A stretch of DNA of 64,000 nt. Source: Chrysomallon squamiferum. Taxonomy: Eukaryota; Animalia; Mollusca. The stretch is from positions 25,792,001 to 25,856,000 of the forward strand of contig CM022671.1 of assembly GCA_012295275.1 (NCBI GenBank). The letters run 5' to 3'. Position numbers and translations under genes: made by a program. The notes beneath the pieces were generated by a model that saw only the letters and a program-made list of their open reading frames with translations, was not told where the DNA came from and did no database searches. Below are positions 51,900 to 64,000 of the stretch, piece by piece; position 1 is the first letter of the stretch; every line of letters starts with the position of its first letter.

Positions 51900-53449
51900 A
51901 TGGATTTGATTCTACACGTGGAAGATGAAACGTACGTAATCAAGTGTTTCGAAAATGCGATGGGTAAAAAGAGACCAAATGCCATTGGGGCTTTCAGTTA
52001 CATTCCTAGAATTAGCGAAACAAGTAAACAAATTGCATTACAAAGATTGAAACGTTTGGATACAAAAGGGGTTCCTCATTTTATGATAGAAACTAAAAGT
52101 AAATTATACGCACGTGAAACATTGGCACCAATAAATAAAATAAGATTTACCAAACTGGCCAATCTAAAATGGTCTGATTCGAAGAAAGTGGTACCAAAAA
52201 TTGGACAAAAAGCAGTTAAAAACGAAGAGATTGATATGAATAAAAATGCAGGTACACTATCAAGTTGTACCGATCTTGACGAAACGATATTTACGTTCCG
52301 TCCTAAAGTGAGTTCAGCCAGCGTGAAAATTGCTGAAAGTTTGGGAACGGATTTTATGTCCAGACAGCAACAACATTTGGAGAAACAAAAAAAACTTGTG
52401 AGTATGAAAGAGAGAATGTTACGTTTTAAATGAAAACAAATGTTGTGAAAAACTGTACAATATTCATACACAAATATCACGTTTTATATATAATTTAAAA
52501 AAAAAAAACAACTGTCAAACATTTGGACAGGCAAAACAAATCGGGCCCAGATGTTGAGAGAAAATAAAAGCCATTTAAGAAACAAAATAAAACAGCATAG
52601 ATCAGCTGCAAAAATATACTTGGTTTTGTTTTTAGATGACTGTTTTACTGCATTCTTATTCAGTTAGAAAGTTTAAAATAGCTTCCATCAGTTCACTTAT
52701 TTCATTTTTTATATAACAGTCCACACTGTTGAAATTAGAATGTATTTTATTTAATAGTGTGTAAGCAACGGCAGAATTGATTTAATGATAGTTTTAGTTA
52801 AATGTTTATAGTTACCTTTAATTGCACCTTTATTTTTATTACAAAGTAAAAAAAGAATGTGCCTCAGCAGATGTTTAAATAATGTAACTCTGGCAATGCA
52901 AACAAATATTGATATCTTTTGTATTCATCTAAGTTATTTATTTTATTATTACTTGTTATGGAGTTTTAGTCTTGGCTAATAATAAAATAAGATAATAAGA
53001 AGCTTTTAAGGTTATAATCATTAACGAAATCATTAGTTCTTTATTTGCTGTTGTTGTTGTATCATGTACAAAGTTTATTATTGATGTTGCTACCAAATAT
53101 GACGTATGAATACTGAAATGAATATATTGAACGAATCAAATATAATACATGAATATTTAATAAATGAAGTAATTAGTTTCATATGTTATTTGTTATCTCA
53201 GTAATAAATATTGTATAAAAGATTTTTACAGAATACACAATTTAGGAGTGTTCTCTTCTTTCAGTTTTGTTTTAATGCAAAATAAAAATGTTCTCTTGAA
53301 CTGCTATATGGATTAAATTATTCCTTTGGTACACATCAGTAAAAACATAATATCAAAATGATTGCAGGTCTGTGGAGGCAAATAATTATTATTAATTTTC
53401 TTTTTTAAATTGCTAAGAAATTGTATATAAATAATAATTAAACTTGTTA

Positions 53450-53492
<43 letters not shown>

Positions 53493-54477
53493 ATTATTAT
53501 TGTTATTACTGTTATTATTATTATTTCTTTTTAACATGAGTGTTTGAAATAAGTAATTATTACATAACATTGTCATTTTCTTGTAATAAATTATATTTTA
53601 TTATGTGGTTGTAAGTACATGAATTTATAAAAATAAAGTCTACTTTCACTGAACAAATTTTTTATGCTTAAATGAATCCAAAACTGGACCTTAAATAGAT
53701 CCCATTTAAGTAGATCCTGTTTCAATATTAAAGAGCAAAGAAGAATAACTAATCAAAAGATATAACACTTAACAATAGTCTACAATAATAGAAACAAATG
53801 TTACTGTTTTAATTTTTTTAACGGCAGATATGTGTTTATTTGCAGCTGGAAGAAGCTAGTGAGAAATTTTACCAGACCAGTCCTGGCATTCTTTCTCCAA
53901 TCCATCATATAAAGAAGTCTTCTCAAAAGTCTCAACAAGAGGTACTTAATTATCCTTGTTCACCGTTTTTAAGATGAAAGAAATCCCCATATTAAGTTTC
54001 TCTCCTTTGTAGATTATTTCTTGAATAGTGATCTGTCTTAGCAGGAGGTGAGAAAAGTCATTTGGTGAATGGCAGCTCGTAAACAATTAAGAGATCAGCA
54101 GTCTTTAGAAGATTACAATTTATATCAGATTTTATGATTTATAAAGTTTACGTGGAAATATATGTTTTAAAAAATTCCTTTACAATTTTGATAAAATTTA
54201 CGATTTATGATCGATCATTAGCTGTTTTGTTGTGCGATATTATTTTTGTTATAAATTCTATTAGAATTTTGACAACATTTAGATGTATTGTTTGTTTGTT
54301 TATTTTATTTTTTATTTTATTTTTTAAATTTAGTTTGGAAAAGTATTTGTATTTTAAAACAGATACTTAATGAACATTAATTCTGTATTAAAAAAGTTTT
54401 TCTTTTGTTTTTTTCTTTTATTACTCAAGTATTTTTTTGGATTATATTTATAAGATAAAATACTTCAAAATCAATGT

Positions 54478-54514
<37 letters not shown>

Positions 54515-57500
54515 ATTTTTAATTATTATTTTTGATTATTAATTTGTTTTTTAAAAAGTTATTTATTTATTTATGTATTACTGAATTTTTTAAAAGTTAA
54601 CTCATGTTTTGTCTAAAAATTTAAAAATTAAAGATACACCTGTAAGTAGATCCTATTTCTTTCCTCAGGAAACATACACTGAATACTGTACTTAAAATAG
54701 ACATAAAAATATTTTAAAAATTAATTTATTAAACAAGATATATTCTCAAAAAAACAACAACAGGTTTATAAATTAAGACTGTATCACAAAATGAATTAAA
54801 ACCATGTATCACAAAATGTAAATAAAACACAGAGAAATTCAGGGCACAGACATATACATATGTTGTTAAATTTAAACCATTCATTAATATGTTTTCTCAC
54901 ATTCTGATTGCCTCTGTGAAAAAAAACTACTTATACTGAAACAACACAAAATATTTTAGGTTACCTTAAATCACCACTCTGACTGACACAATCAATTACC
55001 TTCTGACAAAAAACTATTAATGCATAATTAATGACTCCTAAGACATTGGTTAAATCAATAGTCGATCAGAGACATTCTTTATCGATTGATTGCTCAGCTT
55101 CTCGCAGTGCATTGTTATCCTGACAACTTCTTGTGTGTTTATCGTAGCATTCGGGAGACCAGAGTAACAATTTGAAACAAAAGCAGGCCAGTCAGCCGAA
55201 CAATGGCAACCAGGATGAGCAGATGATTGAAGGAAACTCAGAGATGAATAACTCCAGTTCCATATCGCTGAGTCGCACCCGCACTCACATTTCACCGAAC
55301 CTTCAGAGAGTTCTTGATGGTCAGTTTGATTAATGGAATAATATTATTTAAGTTTTTGATCTGTGTTTAAATATCATTATTTTAATTTTATATTTGTTAT
55401 TTATTGATAATAATTCTAAGTACATCTAAATGCTGTTTCGACTGTTTAGACATTCTGAATTATTTTTATGGTCTTATTTGAATTATTCTTATGCTTATTG
55501 AAAAAAAGAAAAAGAAATATAAGTATTTTATAAGTTAATGTTGGAAATGAAAAAAACAACTTAAAGATTTTATGAAATCAAAAACTATTTTGGGGTTATA
55601 TATATATATATATGATTTGGGTTTGTTTATATACAAATATATAATATATATATATATGTATGTATATATACACACACATTATACATATGAATATGCATAT
55701 ACATATATACATGTAATACATATCCAAATAGATATATACATAATACATAATATCTATACAAATATGTATATATTATTATGTTTATCTTCTTTTAAAAAAA
55801 ACAGGTCCGTATGGCCAGGCAAATCATGAGCTGATTATGAAACATAAGCATGGCTTCATGTCACACCCTAACAAAATTCGTGTCAGTCTGGAAAATGACA
55901 AAGGTAATTTTTGATTTTTGAAATATAATATTGTTATATATTGTTTGCGAGATATCAACTTACTTGATTTTGCTCTTATGTGCCTTGTTTGAATATTCTG
56001 AAAACTTATAATACCTTATTTCTCTCTCTGTTTAAAATAAGATAGTTATTACAAAAGTTATGAAATTAATTTTGCTATCGAAAAATAAACCTAAACCACA
56101 GGCAGACTTATTAAAAAAAAAAAGTAAAAAGATTTCAAAATAACTTGCGTCCACAATATATTTTTGTATTTTTCAGAAAATGAATCATTTTCAAAGTTGC
56201 AAAGGAGCAAAACAATGCCCACTCTGGGACGGGCAAAAGTGAATCGTCGAATAACAGTTCCTGATGGAGAAAGATTACAGAAAGCCAAAGACATGGCAGA
56301 AAAAGCAATTAAAGTATTTTCATTTGTTACTATTATTATTATTGTTTATTGCAATCAAATTTAAAAATTGATTCAGATATTTTCATTATGTTTTTTTTTT
56401 TGTACATTAGGACAAGAGAAGTTAGAAACATATGTGATACCAAACCATATTTAAGTAGACATAATGAAAAAGTTTTTAAGGAAATTATCAGGAATTTACA
56501 TCTGTTACTTTTCTAAAATTCTTTTTATCATTATTATAATTATTATTATTTTTACATTTTTATTTTTTATTTCTTGTTATTTTAAATCTTTTCTGTTTTA
56601 TTTATTTGTTTATTTTATATATTTGTTTTTAATTTCAGTATAAAAAAGTTTTTACAATTCAAGGTGGTTACTCAACCATTCGTCAAAGTCTACGTAGACG
56701 AGGTTGGGTAGAAAAATTTTACAAAATTACTGCTCCAACGAAAACTGGTCCAAAACAGAAAAAAAGAAAAAGTTCAGATGATAGTGATTTTGATGATAGT
56801 GATGATGATGATGATGATGACGACGATGATGATGATGATGATACTGATGGTGATGATCGTAAGTTATTACTTATTTTATTTTACTTTATTTTACTTTATT
56901 TTTTTTATTCATCATCTTGGAATCCCACTGTTTTTATGGTATCAACTGAAACTTACAAAAATCATTACTAACGTTAAATTTTGATGTTTTATTAAATTGT
57001 ATTTAAAAATATTTTTATAATTATGATTAACTGAAAGGGTTTTATTTATTGGACATGACTCATGAGTGATAAATTTGAACATCTCTTCATTCGTAGATGA
57101 TGAACCTAAAATTCCACCATGGGAAGAAGAGGATGGTATTTATGGAATAATGGTAATTTTAAAACTGTACTTAACATTCACATGCATAAATTACTTTTAT
57201 TCTTTTTCAAACATAATGTTGTTTTTTTTAAAATTAATTTTACTGTTGTTTTCCAAAATAATTTTCAACAATATTATTTTCTATTCTTACAAACAATGAA
57301 TTTTTAAATTTTAATAAACTCAGATTCACAAAAATTAGAGTAGGTAAAGCAGTGGTTTTTTTTTTTTTTTGGTCCTGATTGTTTTCTAATCAACTGTTGG
57401 ATGTTGTATTATAAAAGTATTTATTTTTCAGTCTCGAATGGTTAGAAATGTCAACCCCACTTTTATCTGGGTTCTGAAACGAGATGCTGTTGATTATCGC

Positions 57501-60500
57501 TTTTTAACAAAAGAACAAATAGTGAACCACTACTGTAAAGCTGGATCATTCACCACAAAGGTAAATACCACAGAGTCAATTTTTCTGTTTATTTTATCAG
57601 CATGAATGTTTTCTGTTCCTATGTATTTTCCATCAGACAACTAAACAGAGGCATAAAAAAATATCTAGAATGAACCACCGATTTTTGAAACTTAGTTATT
57701 TTATTGTCATATTTTATTATTGCTGTTGTTGTTGTTGCTGTTGTTGCTGTTGTTGTTGTTGCTGTTGTTGTTATTGTTGTTGTTGCTGTTGTTGTTATTA
57801 TTACAAATGTTTTTCAGGTTGGTTTGTGTATAAATTTGAAGAATGTACCATGGTTTGAACCAGCTGATCCTGATACATTTTTTCCTCGGTGCTATCGTCT
57901 TAGTAGTGAAGATGACAAGAGTGCTTTCATTGGTCAGTGAAATTTAACAGAACACATATTGTTGCATTTCATTGGATAAAAAATGCGATCCTCTTTAATG
58001 GCTACTTTTAAGAAGTAGGATTCCATATTATAATTTTTGATATTACAGGATTAATGTTAGAAATGTTTATTATATGTAATTAAAAGAACAGAAGGTTGGT
58101 TGTATTTGAAATTGTGACAGTTATACTTTATTAACAGAAGGTTTTCTAATGTCTGAAATGACAGTAATTATGTTTTCTTAAAAGAAGAGGGGTTCATACT
58201 TGAAAATATAGATAATGTATTTAATTAAAAGAAGTTTTGCTAATATGTGAAACTTAATATCTAAACTCAGTTAAGCTGTGGATAATAATTCTTTAATGGT
58301 GGAAAACTGATCACCAACAAATAAGAGCCTGTGATACTGTTTATCTCATTCAAAAGTAATATTATCAGAAGATGAAAAATTTGAGAAGGTTTTAAAATCA
58401 AACTTAAATTTTCATATTCTGAATAGTAAATAATAGGTTAAAGATACTTCTAAAACAGTTTTTCTGTTCACAAACCAACTTACCCAAGATATATATAGAT
58501 ATAGATATAGATATTTGAACAATAATTTCAACATTTTTGCCTTTCAGATGATTTCCGGTTAAGTGCATGTATAAACATACTTAGCATTGTTACAAGTCAG
58601 TATTCTGTTGCAAAGACTTTAAAAGAGGAATCTGATAGTACTGGTGGAAATGTGGCAGCAACAGATTCATCCAGTGAAGAAAAAGAGTCTGAAACCAAAT
58701 TAAGTGTAGATGAGACGGGTGAATCTGAACAGAAAGAAAAAACAGAGACAGAAGACTTAAAGTTGTCACTTGATCAAGAACAAGGTTTATCCTTATTTTG
58801 AAAAAATCTTCTTTTTTTCTTCCTTTTTTGCTTAAATTCTGTTTTAATTTTTAAAAAGTTTTTAATTTTATTATTATTTTTAATTTTTAATTTTTTTTTA
58901 TTATTTTGTTGTTTTATTTTATTTTATTTTATTTTATTTTATTTCGTTTTTATTTTTATTTTTGTTTTGTTTTGTTTTATTCACAATTAACAGATCATTA
59001 AAAAAAAAAAAACCCCACTATTGTTCTAACATTTCCTAGGTATAAATGCACACATTTTAGAAACTTAAAATTATTTCTTCTTTTTACCACTTGTTATAAT
59101 ATTTCTGTAACAGACACACTTTAACATCATTAACAACACACTGCATAAAGGCCTATTATTTTACAAAATTATTTTTTATATTTTTTAATTTATTATCATC
59201 AAAATTAAATAACAAATATTTATCGTTAAGTATAATTATTTTATTGCACAAACCTAATGTCTTTTAATTTAATTTTTTATTTACATTTAATTTTTAAAAT
59301 ATTTTATAATTTAAAAATCAAACATTTTTAACAGAAAAAGTGAAGGAATCTCAAGCTAGTGACAGAACACCCAAAAAGGTTAAAAAGAAGGCAGTTGTTC
59401 CTTTGCGAGTATTGGAACAAGCAATGTCACAGTGCAATCGCTTTTTGTCTTCAAGAGAACATGAAGATATTGACCTACCTGAAGATGTAAGTTTTATTTG
59501 GTAAAAATAGATTTCATAAAAGAATATATAATACATACACCACACAAACATGAGTTTTCTTTACGCACGCATACACACTCACATATGTATGTGTGTGTGT
59601 GTGTGTATATACCTTTTTTTATCTACCTACAAGGTCGAATGTCCAACAAATCACTATGCTGTGATCAATGTAAATTAGTATAAATACATTTTAATGAGAT
59701 CATTCAGTGATAAACATTTAATCTGACATGATAACTGATTTAAGTAGTAGCTAGAGTAGAAAATAGTAAAATTGATTCATAATAAAAACATGACACTATT
59801 ACTTGTTAAAATGGATATTAACATGATATTATTGTTGTTCTTACTGTTGTCATCATCATTATTATTATTATTTTTATTTTATTTGATTTACATGGTAATA
59901 TTTTAATGTTTTATTTATCATTCAGCGTGGTCTTTCTGAGAGCCATTGGGATCAGCTAATACAAAACTATTATCTACTTGCTCAGTAAGTGTATTTGTTT
60001 TGCTTAAACCATTTTTTTAATATTTTTTTTTAGATCTTTTAAATTTGTTTATTAGGCTTTTGGAAATAGGTCGTATTTCATTAAATATTTTTTATATCGT
60101 TTTGTTTGTTTGTTTGGTATTTGGAAGTAGGTCGTATTTTATCAGATATTTTTTTTTATATATAATGTTTTGTTGTGTTTTTCAGTGACGGTGCTATAAT
60201 AACCTCAGTGTCAAAGTCACTTCTTTCCCAGTGTGAGAGCTTGCTGAACAGAATAAAAGCCAAGTTTCCCCAGTTTGAGATGAACGGAGTGCGCAATGTG
60301 TGGATCGTCAAGCCTGGTGCCAAGTCAAGAGGAAGAGGTGATTTCAGCTTTGTTTCGTTGTATTTTCTCTTTATTTGCACACCTGAACAGCTTTATTTTA
60401 TTCTCATTCAGAATAGCTGAGACATGTTAGTGACAGAAATATACACACAAATTAACTTGAAGATAACTGAAGACATTGAAGTTTAGTATGAGATGTTGAC

Positions 60501-60548
60501 ATTCTCTTTTTTTTTGTGTGTGTCTGAGTGCAAGTGAGTGTTTGTATG

Positions 60549-60582
<34 letters not shown>

Positions 60583-61473
60583 TACACATATTTGGTGTGT
60601 AAAAGTATATATATGTGGGGAATTGTGTTTGTTACGTATATTTTTAAAAATTATAAGCTATTTAACTTTCTTTCTGTGAATTATCAGGTATAACTTGTTA
60701 CAACAAACTAGAAGACATGCTGAAACTTGTCAGTGCTCAGGTTTGTCAGAAAGATGGAAAATACGTTGTCCAGAAGTATATTGGTAATTTTACTATTCTA
60801 AACATTAATCAGCAGGTTTACAAAAAACAGCACGATTTACCTTAATGAAATTATAATCACCTTGTGAGAAATTTCTATTTCAATCTTGTAGGTTTGCTAA
60901 TTCTGTTCTGTTAGTTAAATAATAATAATCTGAAATTTAGTTTGGGAATGAATCAGTCTGAAATGGTGAATATTTAAAATGTAAAAATTTGAACATTTAT
61001 AAGAGATTCACTTTATAACTGATTAACTCACAAAGCTACACAAAAGTTTAGCTATAATTAATAACTTTCAGTTTTATATATATATAACCATTTTAAAATA
61101 TACCTACAACCGTCATTCAGAATGACATTAATCGTGATTAATTTACAAATGTTTTGCTGTCACGTTTCAGAAAGACCGCTGCTGGTGTACAACACAAAGT
61201 TTGATATTCGCCAGTGGTTTCTCGTTACTGACTGGAGTCCTCTCACAATGTGGTTTTACACGGACAGCTACCTCCGCTTCTGTTCGCAGCAGTACACGCT
61301 GGACAACTTCGACGAAGCGATCCACCTCTCCAACAATGCCATTCAGAAAAACAAGAAGAATGGTCCCCGGTCACCTAAACTGCCCAACGACAACATGTGG
61401 ACACATGAAGATTTCAAGAAATACCTTAGGTTTGTTACGTTGTTACTTCCACAGTTTCATTATCAGTATATGT

Positions 61474-61517
<44 letters not shown>

Positions 61518-64000
61518 TTTATATTCATGTTGGTAGGCAGTAAAGCAATATTTTGTCATCTATCAGAAGCTGATCCCCATTTGCTAGTAAATATAGTTAC
61601 TTTTTAAAATGTATGCTTTTGAGGCTGAAAATAATTTTTAATAAATTCATTTTCTCCTTGAGTCTCTGTTTTATGTATTTTAAGTGCGTTCTTTTCCTCA
61701 CAATAATTTTATAAAAATAAATTAAGCTAATTTGGAAACACTGGCTTAGTTAGTGCTCAGTTTCAAAATATTAATAATTCATCAATAAATGATGGGTGTT
61801 TCTAAACTTCTGTTAAGTAGTTATAATTGGTAAAAGTTTTTGACTGTACTATTTTTTGTTCAGTTGTATTTTTTAAGTTACATAAGTAAATCAATCCCAA
61901 ATACCTACAGCTTGAAATTTAAAAATGATTTTTTGTTTTTTTTAAAATTCTTTTTAGAACAAATTGCAATGAGAGGTGAGTGATCACACTCACATTCACC
62001 TCACAACTCATTCAAACTTGGTGAATGATCAGTCACTTGCCTTTAATCATTCAGTTAAATGATAATGAAAACATTCATCATCACTAAAGTGACTAATACA
62101 AATCACAGCACAAATAACGATAGTGATAATGAGCAATGATATGATAATGACTGAAATGTATTAATAAAGCTAAATATATTTATCTTAGTGATAGTGATAG
62201 TGATGAATTTTATTATGATAATGACTGAAATATTGTTATTGATTTCATAATTATTTAGTTAAATTATCATAAAAATAATCACTGACACTAATACTCATCA
62301 CCACGAATGTGTCTTTGATTTTTTTTCTAATAAAAAATTATGATGATAATGTTGATGACTAAAATGATGTTTAAAGATCATTAACACAATCACTGCCACT
62401 AATATTCATCCTCAGGTAAATAATACATTTGATTTTCATGAATATGATGATAATTTAATAATGATGATGACAATGATTATGATGCTGATGATAATTGTAA
62501 CAGTGATGATGATTATAATGATAAATGAAATGATATCATTACTGTAGAAATAAATTATTTTATATGATCATAGTGATGATGTTAATAATATTGGTAATGA
62601 TGATAATGTTGTTGGTGGTGGTAATGAAAATGATGATGTTGATGATGATGGTGGTGGTGCTGGTGGTAGCAACTTACTGAAGATGATAATGAACTATAAT
62701 TATGTTTGTTAAATAATAAATTTTGTGTTTACAATGTTGTTTTTTGCAGTCGGAGACACCAGGATCGCGTGTGGGATGAGGTTATTTATCCTGGAATGAA
62801 GAAAGCTGTTATCTGTTCTTTGCTTGTCACTCAAGACCTTATTGAGTACAGAAAGGTTAGAAAACAAGAAATCTTCATTAACTGTCATAATATCTTCTGC
62901 CTGCTCTTATTTTAGTAATTTTATAAGAAGCACTGATCTCTTTGCTGATATAAAAAAATGTAATTTTAAATGAAATTAAATGTTCCTGAACATAAATTTT
63001 TAAATTATGAGTTAACTGAAATTTTGTTTTTTAAATTCTTCTTTAATATTTGATTTGAAAATTATCCAGAGAACAAAGGTATATCCAGTATACAATTTAC
63101 CTTAAAACTGTAGTTTCCAGTAAATTTGGATTCATTCATGTAAATTCTTCTGTCGTGGAGAATAAAACAATAATGATACTAGAAAAAAAATAATTGTGTT
63201 TTAAATAATACTTTTTAAAGTGGTGTGTAATGGTGTAATTGCAGTCATCGTTTGAGTTGTATGGTGCTGATTTCATGCTGACTGAAGACTTTCATCCATG
63301 GCTCATTGAAATCAACTCCAGTCCCAGCATGGAGGCAAGTACTGCCATCACTGCACGTCTGTGTGCAAATGTTCTTGAAGACACCATCAAAGGTAAGATT
63401 ACATTCCAGAAATTATTACCTCTGCCATCATCATGATCAGTGATTTCTGGGATCTAGGTTAATAATAATTGAAAAACAAATAAAAATAAAAACCTGGCCA
63501 AACAAATGTAAGTCATCAGTAATTGAAGTATTAGTTAAATTACATTTTTTATTTACAACATATTTAAAATATTTTGAATATATGTGAGCTAAAAGAAAAA
63601 TAAAATAAATAATAATAATCCTTTCTATTTGATTTCAACCTTCAGTTTGTAATATAAAATCTTTATTTTTTATTTATTATTTTTTCAGTTGTAATTGATC
63701 GCAGGAATGATCGAAACTGTGATGTTGGCAAATTTGAACTGGCGTACAAGCAGCCATTTGTGTCTGCCCCACCGTACATAGGAACTAACTTGAGTCTGGA
63801 CGGACAGACAATTCGTCGTCCTGGCATGGCCAGACGCCCAGAAGTGAGCAGCAGCCAAACAAGCGATGCCTACTTCACACCGAGAACCAATGTCAGGCAG
63901 AGCACCTCACTGGAAAGAATCCCAGAAACAAAAAGAATTTCAGGAACCACAACAACCTTGACAAACATTAAAAGTTCATTCCATGACAATGGAATAAAAC
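51900..64000 (+). CDS. TTLL3: Tubulin monoglycylase TTLL3/TTLL8-like, at least 18 exons, 3' end beyond the window
   Basis: Exons 51900-52397, 53846-53941, 55148-55319, 55805-55903, 56177-56313, 56639-56858, 57097-57152, 57432-57560, 57818-57932, 58548-58784, 59335-59486, 59926-59984, 60186-60337, 60688-60783, 61171-61429, 62750-62855, 63245-63392 and 63689->64000, all phase-consistent. Motifs: [85 protein letters not shown]. The first four exons are less certain. Confidence 0.92.
62060..62700. repeat. Intronic (GAT/AAT)n low-complexity tract with degenerate repeats
   Basis: Repeated ATGATAATG / CACTAATA.TCATC motifs inside the intron between TTLL3 exons 15 and 16. Confidence 0.7.

Noticed and set aside
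52076-52480. 134-aa minus-strand ORF
   Set aside because: Antisense shadow of TTLL3-like exon 1.
57670-57858. Poly-Cys ORF resembling a metallothionein
   Set aside because: A (TGT/TGC)n microsatellite inside a TTLL3 intron.

Overview
AT-rich, intron-containing animal genomic DNA full of microsatellites. It is probably from an invertebrate (a lophotrochozoan/mollusc is my inference, not proven). It is not prokaryotic: no CRISPR, rRNA or tRNA was seen. From left to right: (1) first coding exon of Nemo-like kinase (minus strand), with its intron running off the left edge; (2) a ~16 kb tandem array (12.5-28.2 kb) of five intronless, leaderless genes whose products align strand-for-strand with the IL-1 beta-trefoil, including an IL-1-signature-like LES..VPGYYLS motif, each preceded by a kappaB/CRE/TATA-type promoter (four have intact reading frames, one is frameshifted, and a sixth promoter has no gene); (3) C22orf39/UPF0545 homologue (minus) head-to-head with OGFOD2 (plus); (4) a small secreted EGF-VWD-C8-like protein; (5) a divergent Q50 PRD-like homeobox gene with an eh1 motif; (6) a rolling-stone-like membrane protein (minus) sharing a compact bidirectional promoter with (7) an 18+-exon TTLL3/TTLL8 tubulin glycylase that runs off the right edge. 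The main candidate for novelty is the IL-1-like cytokine cluster. All exon models were built by hand from GT-AG sites and reading-frame continuity; no database search was run.
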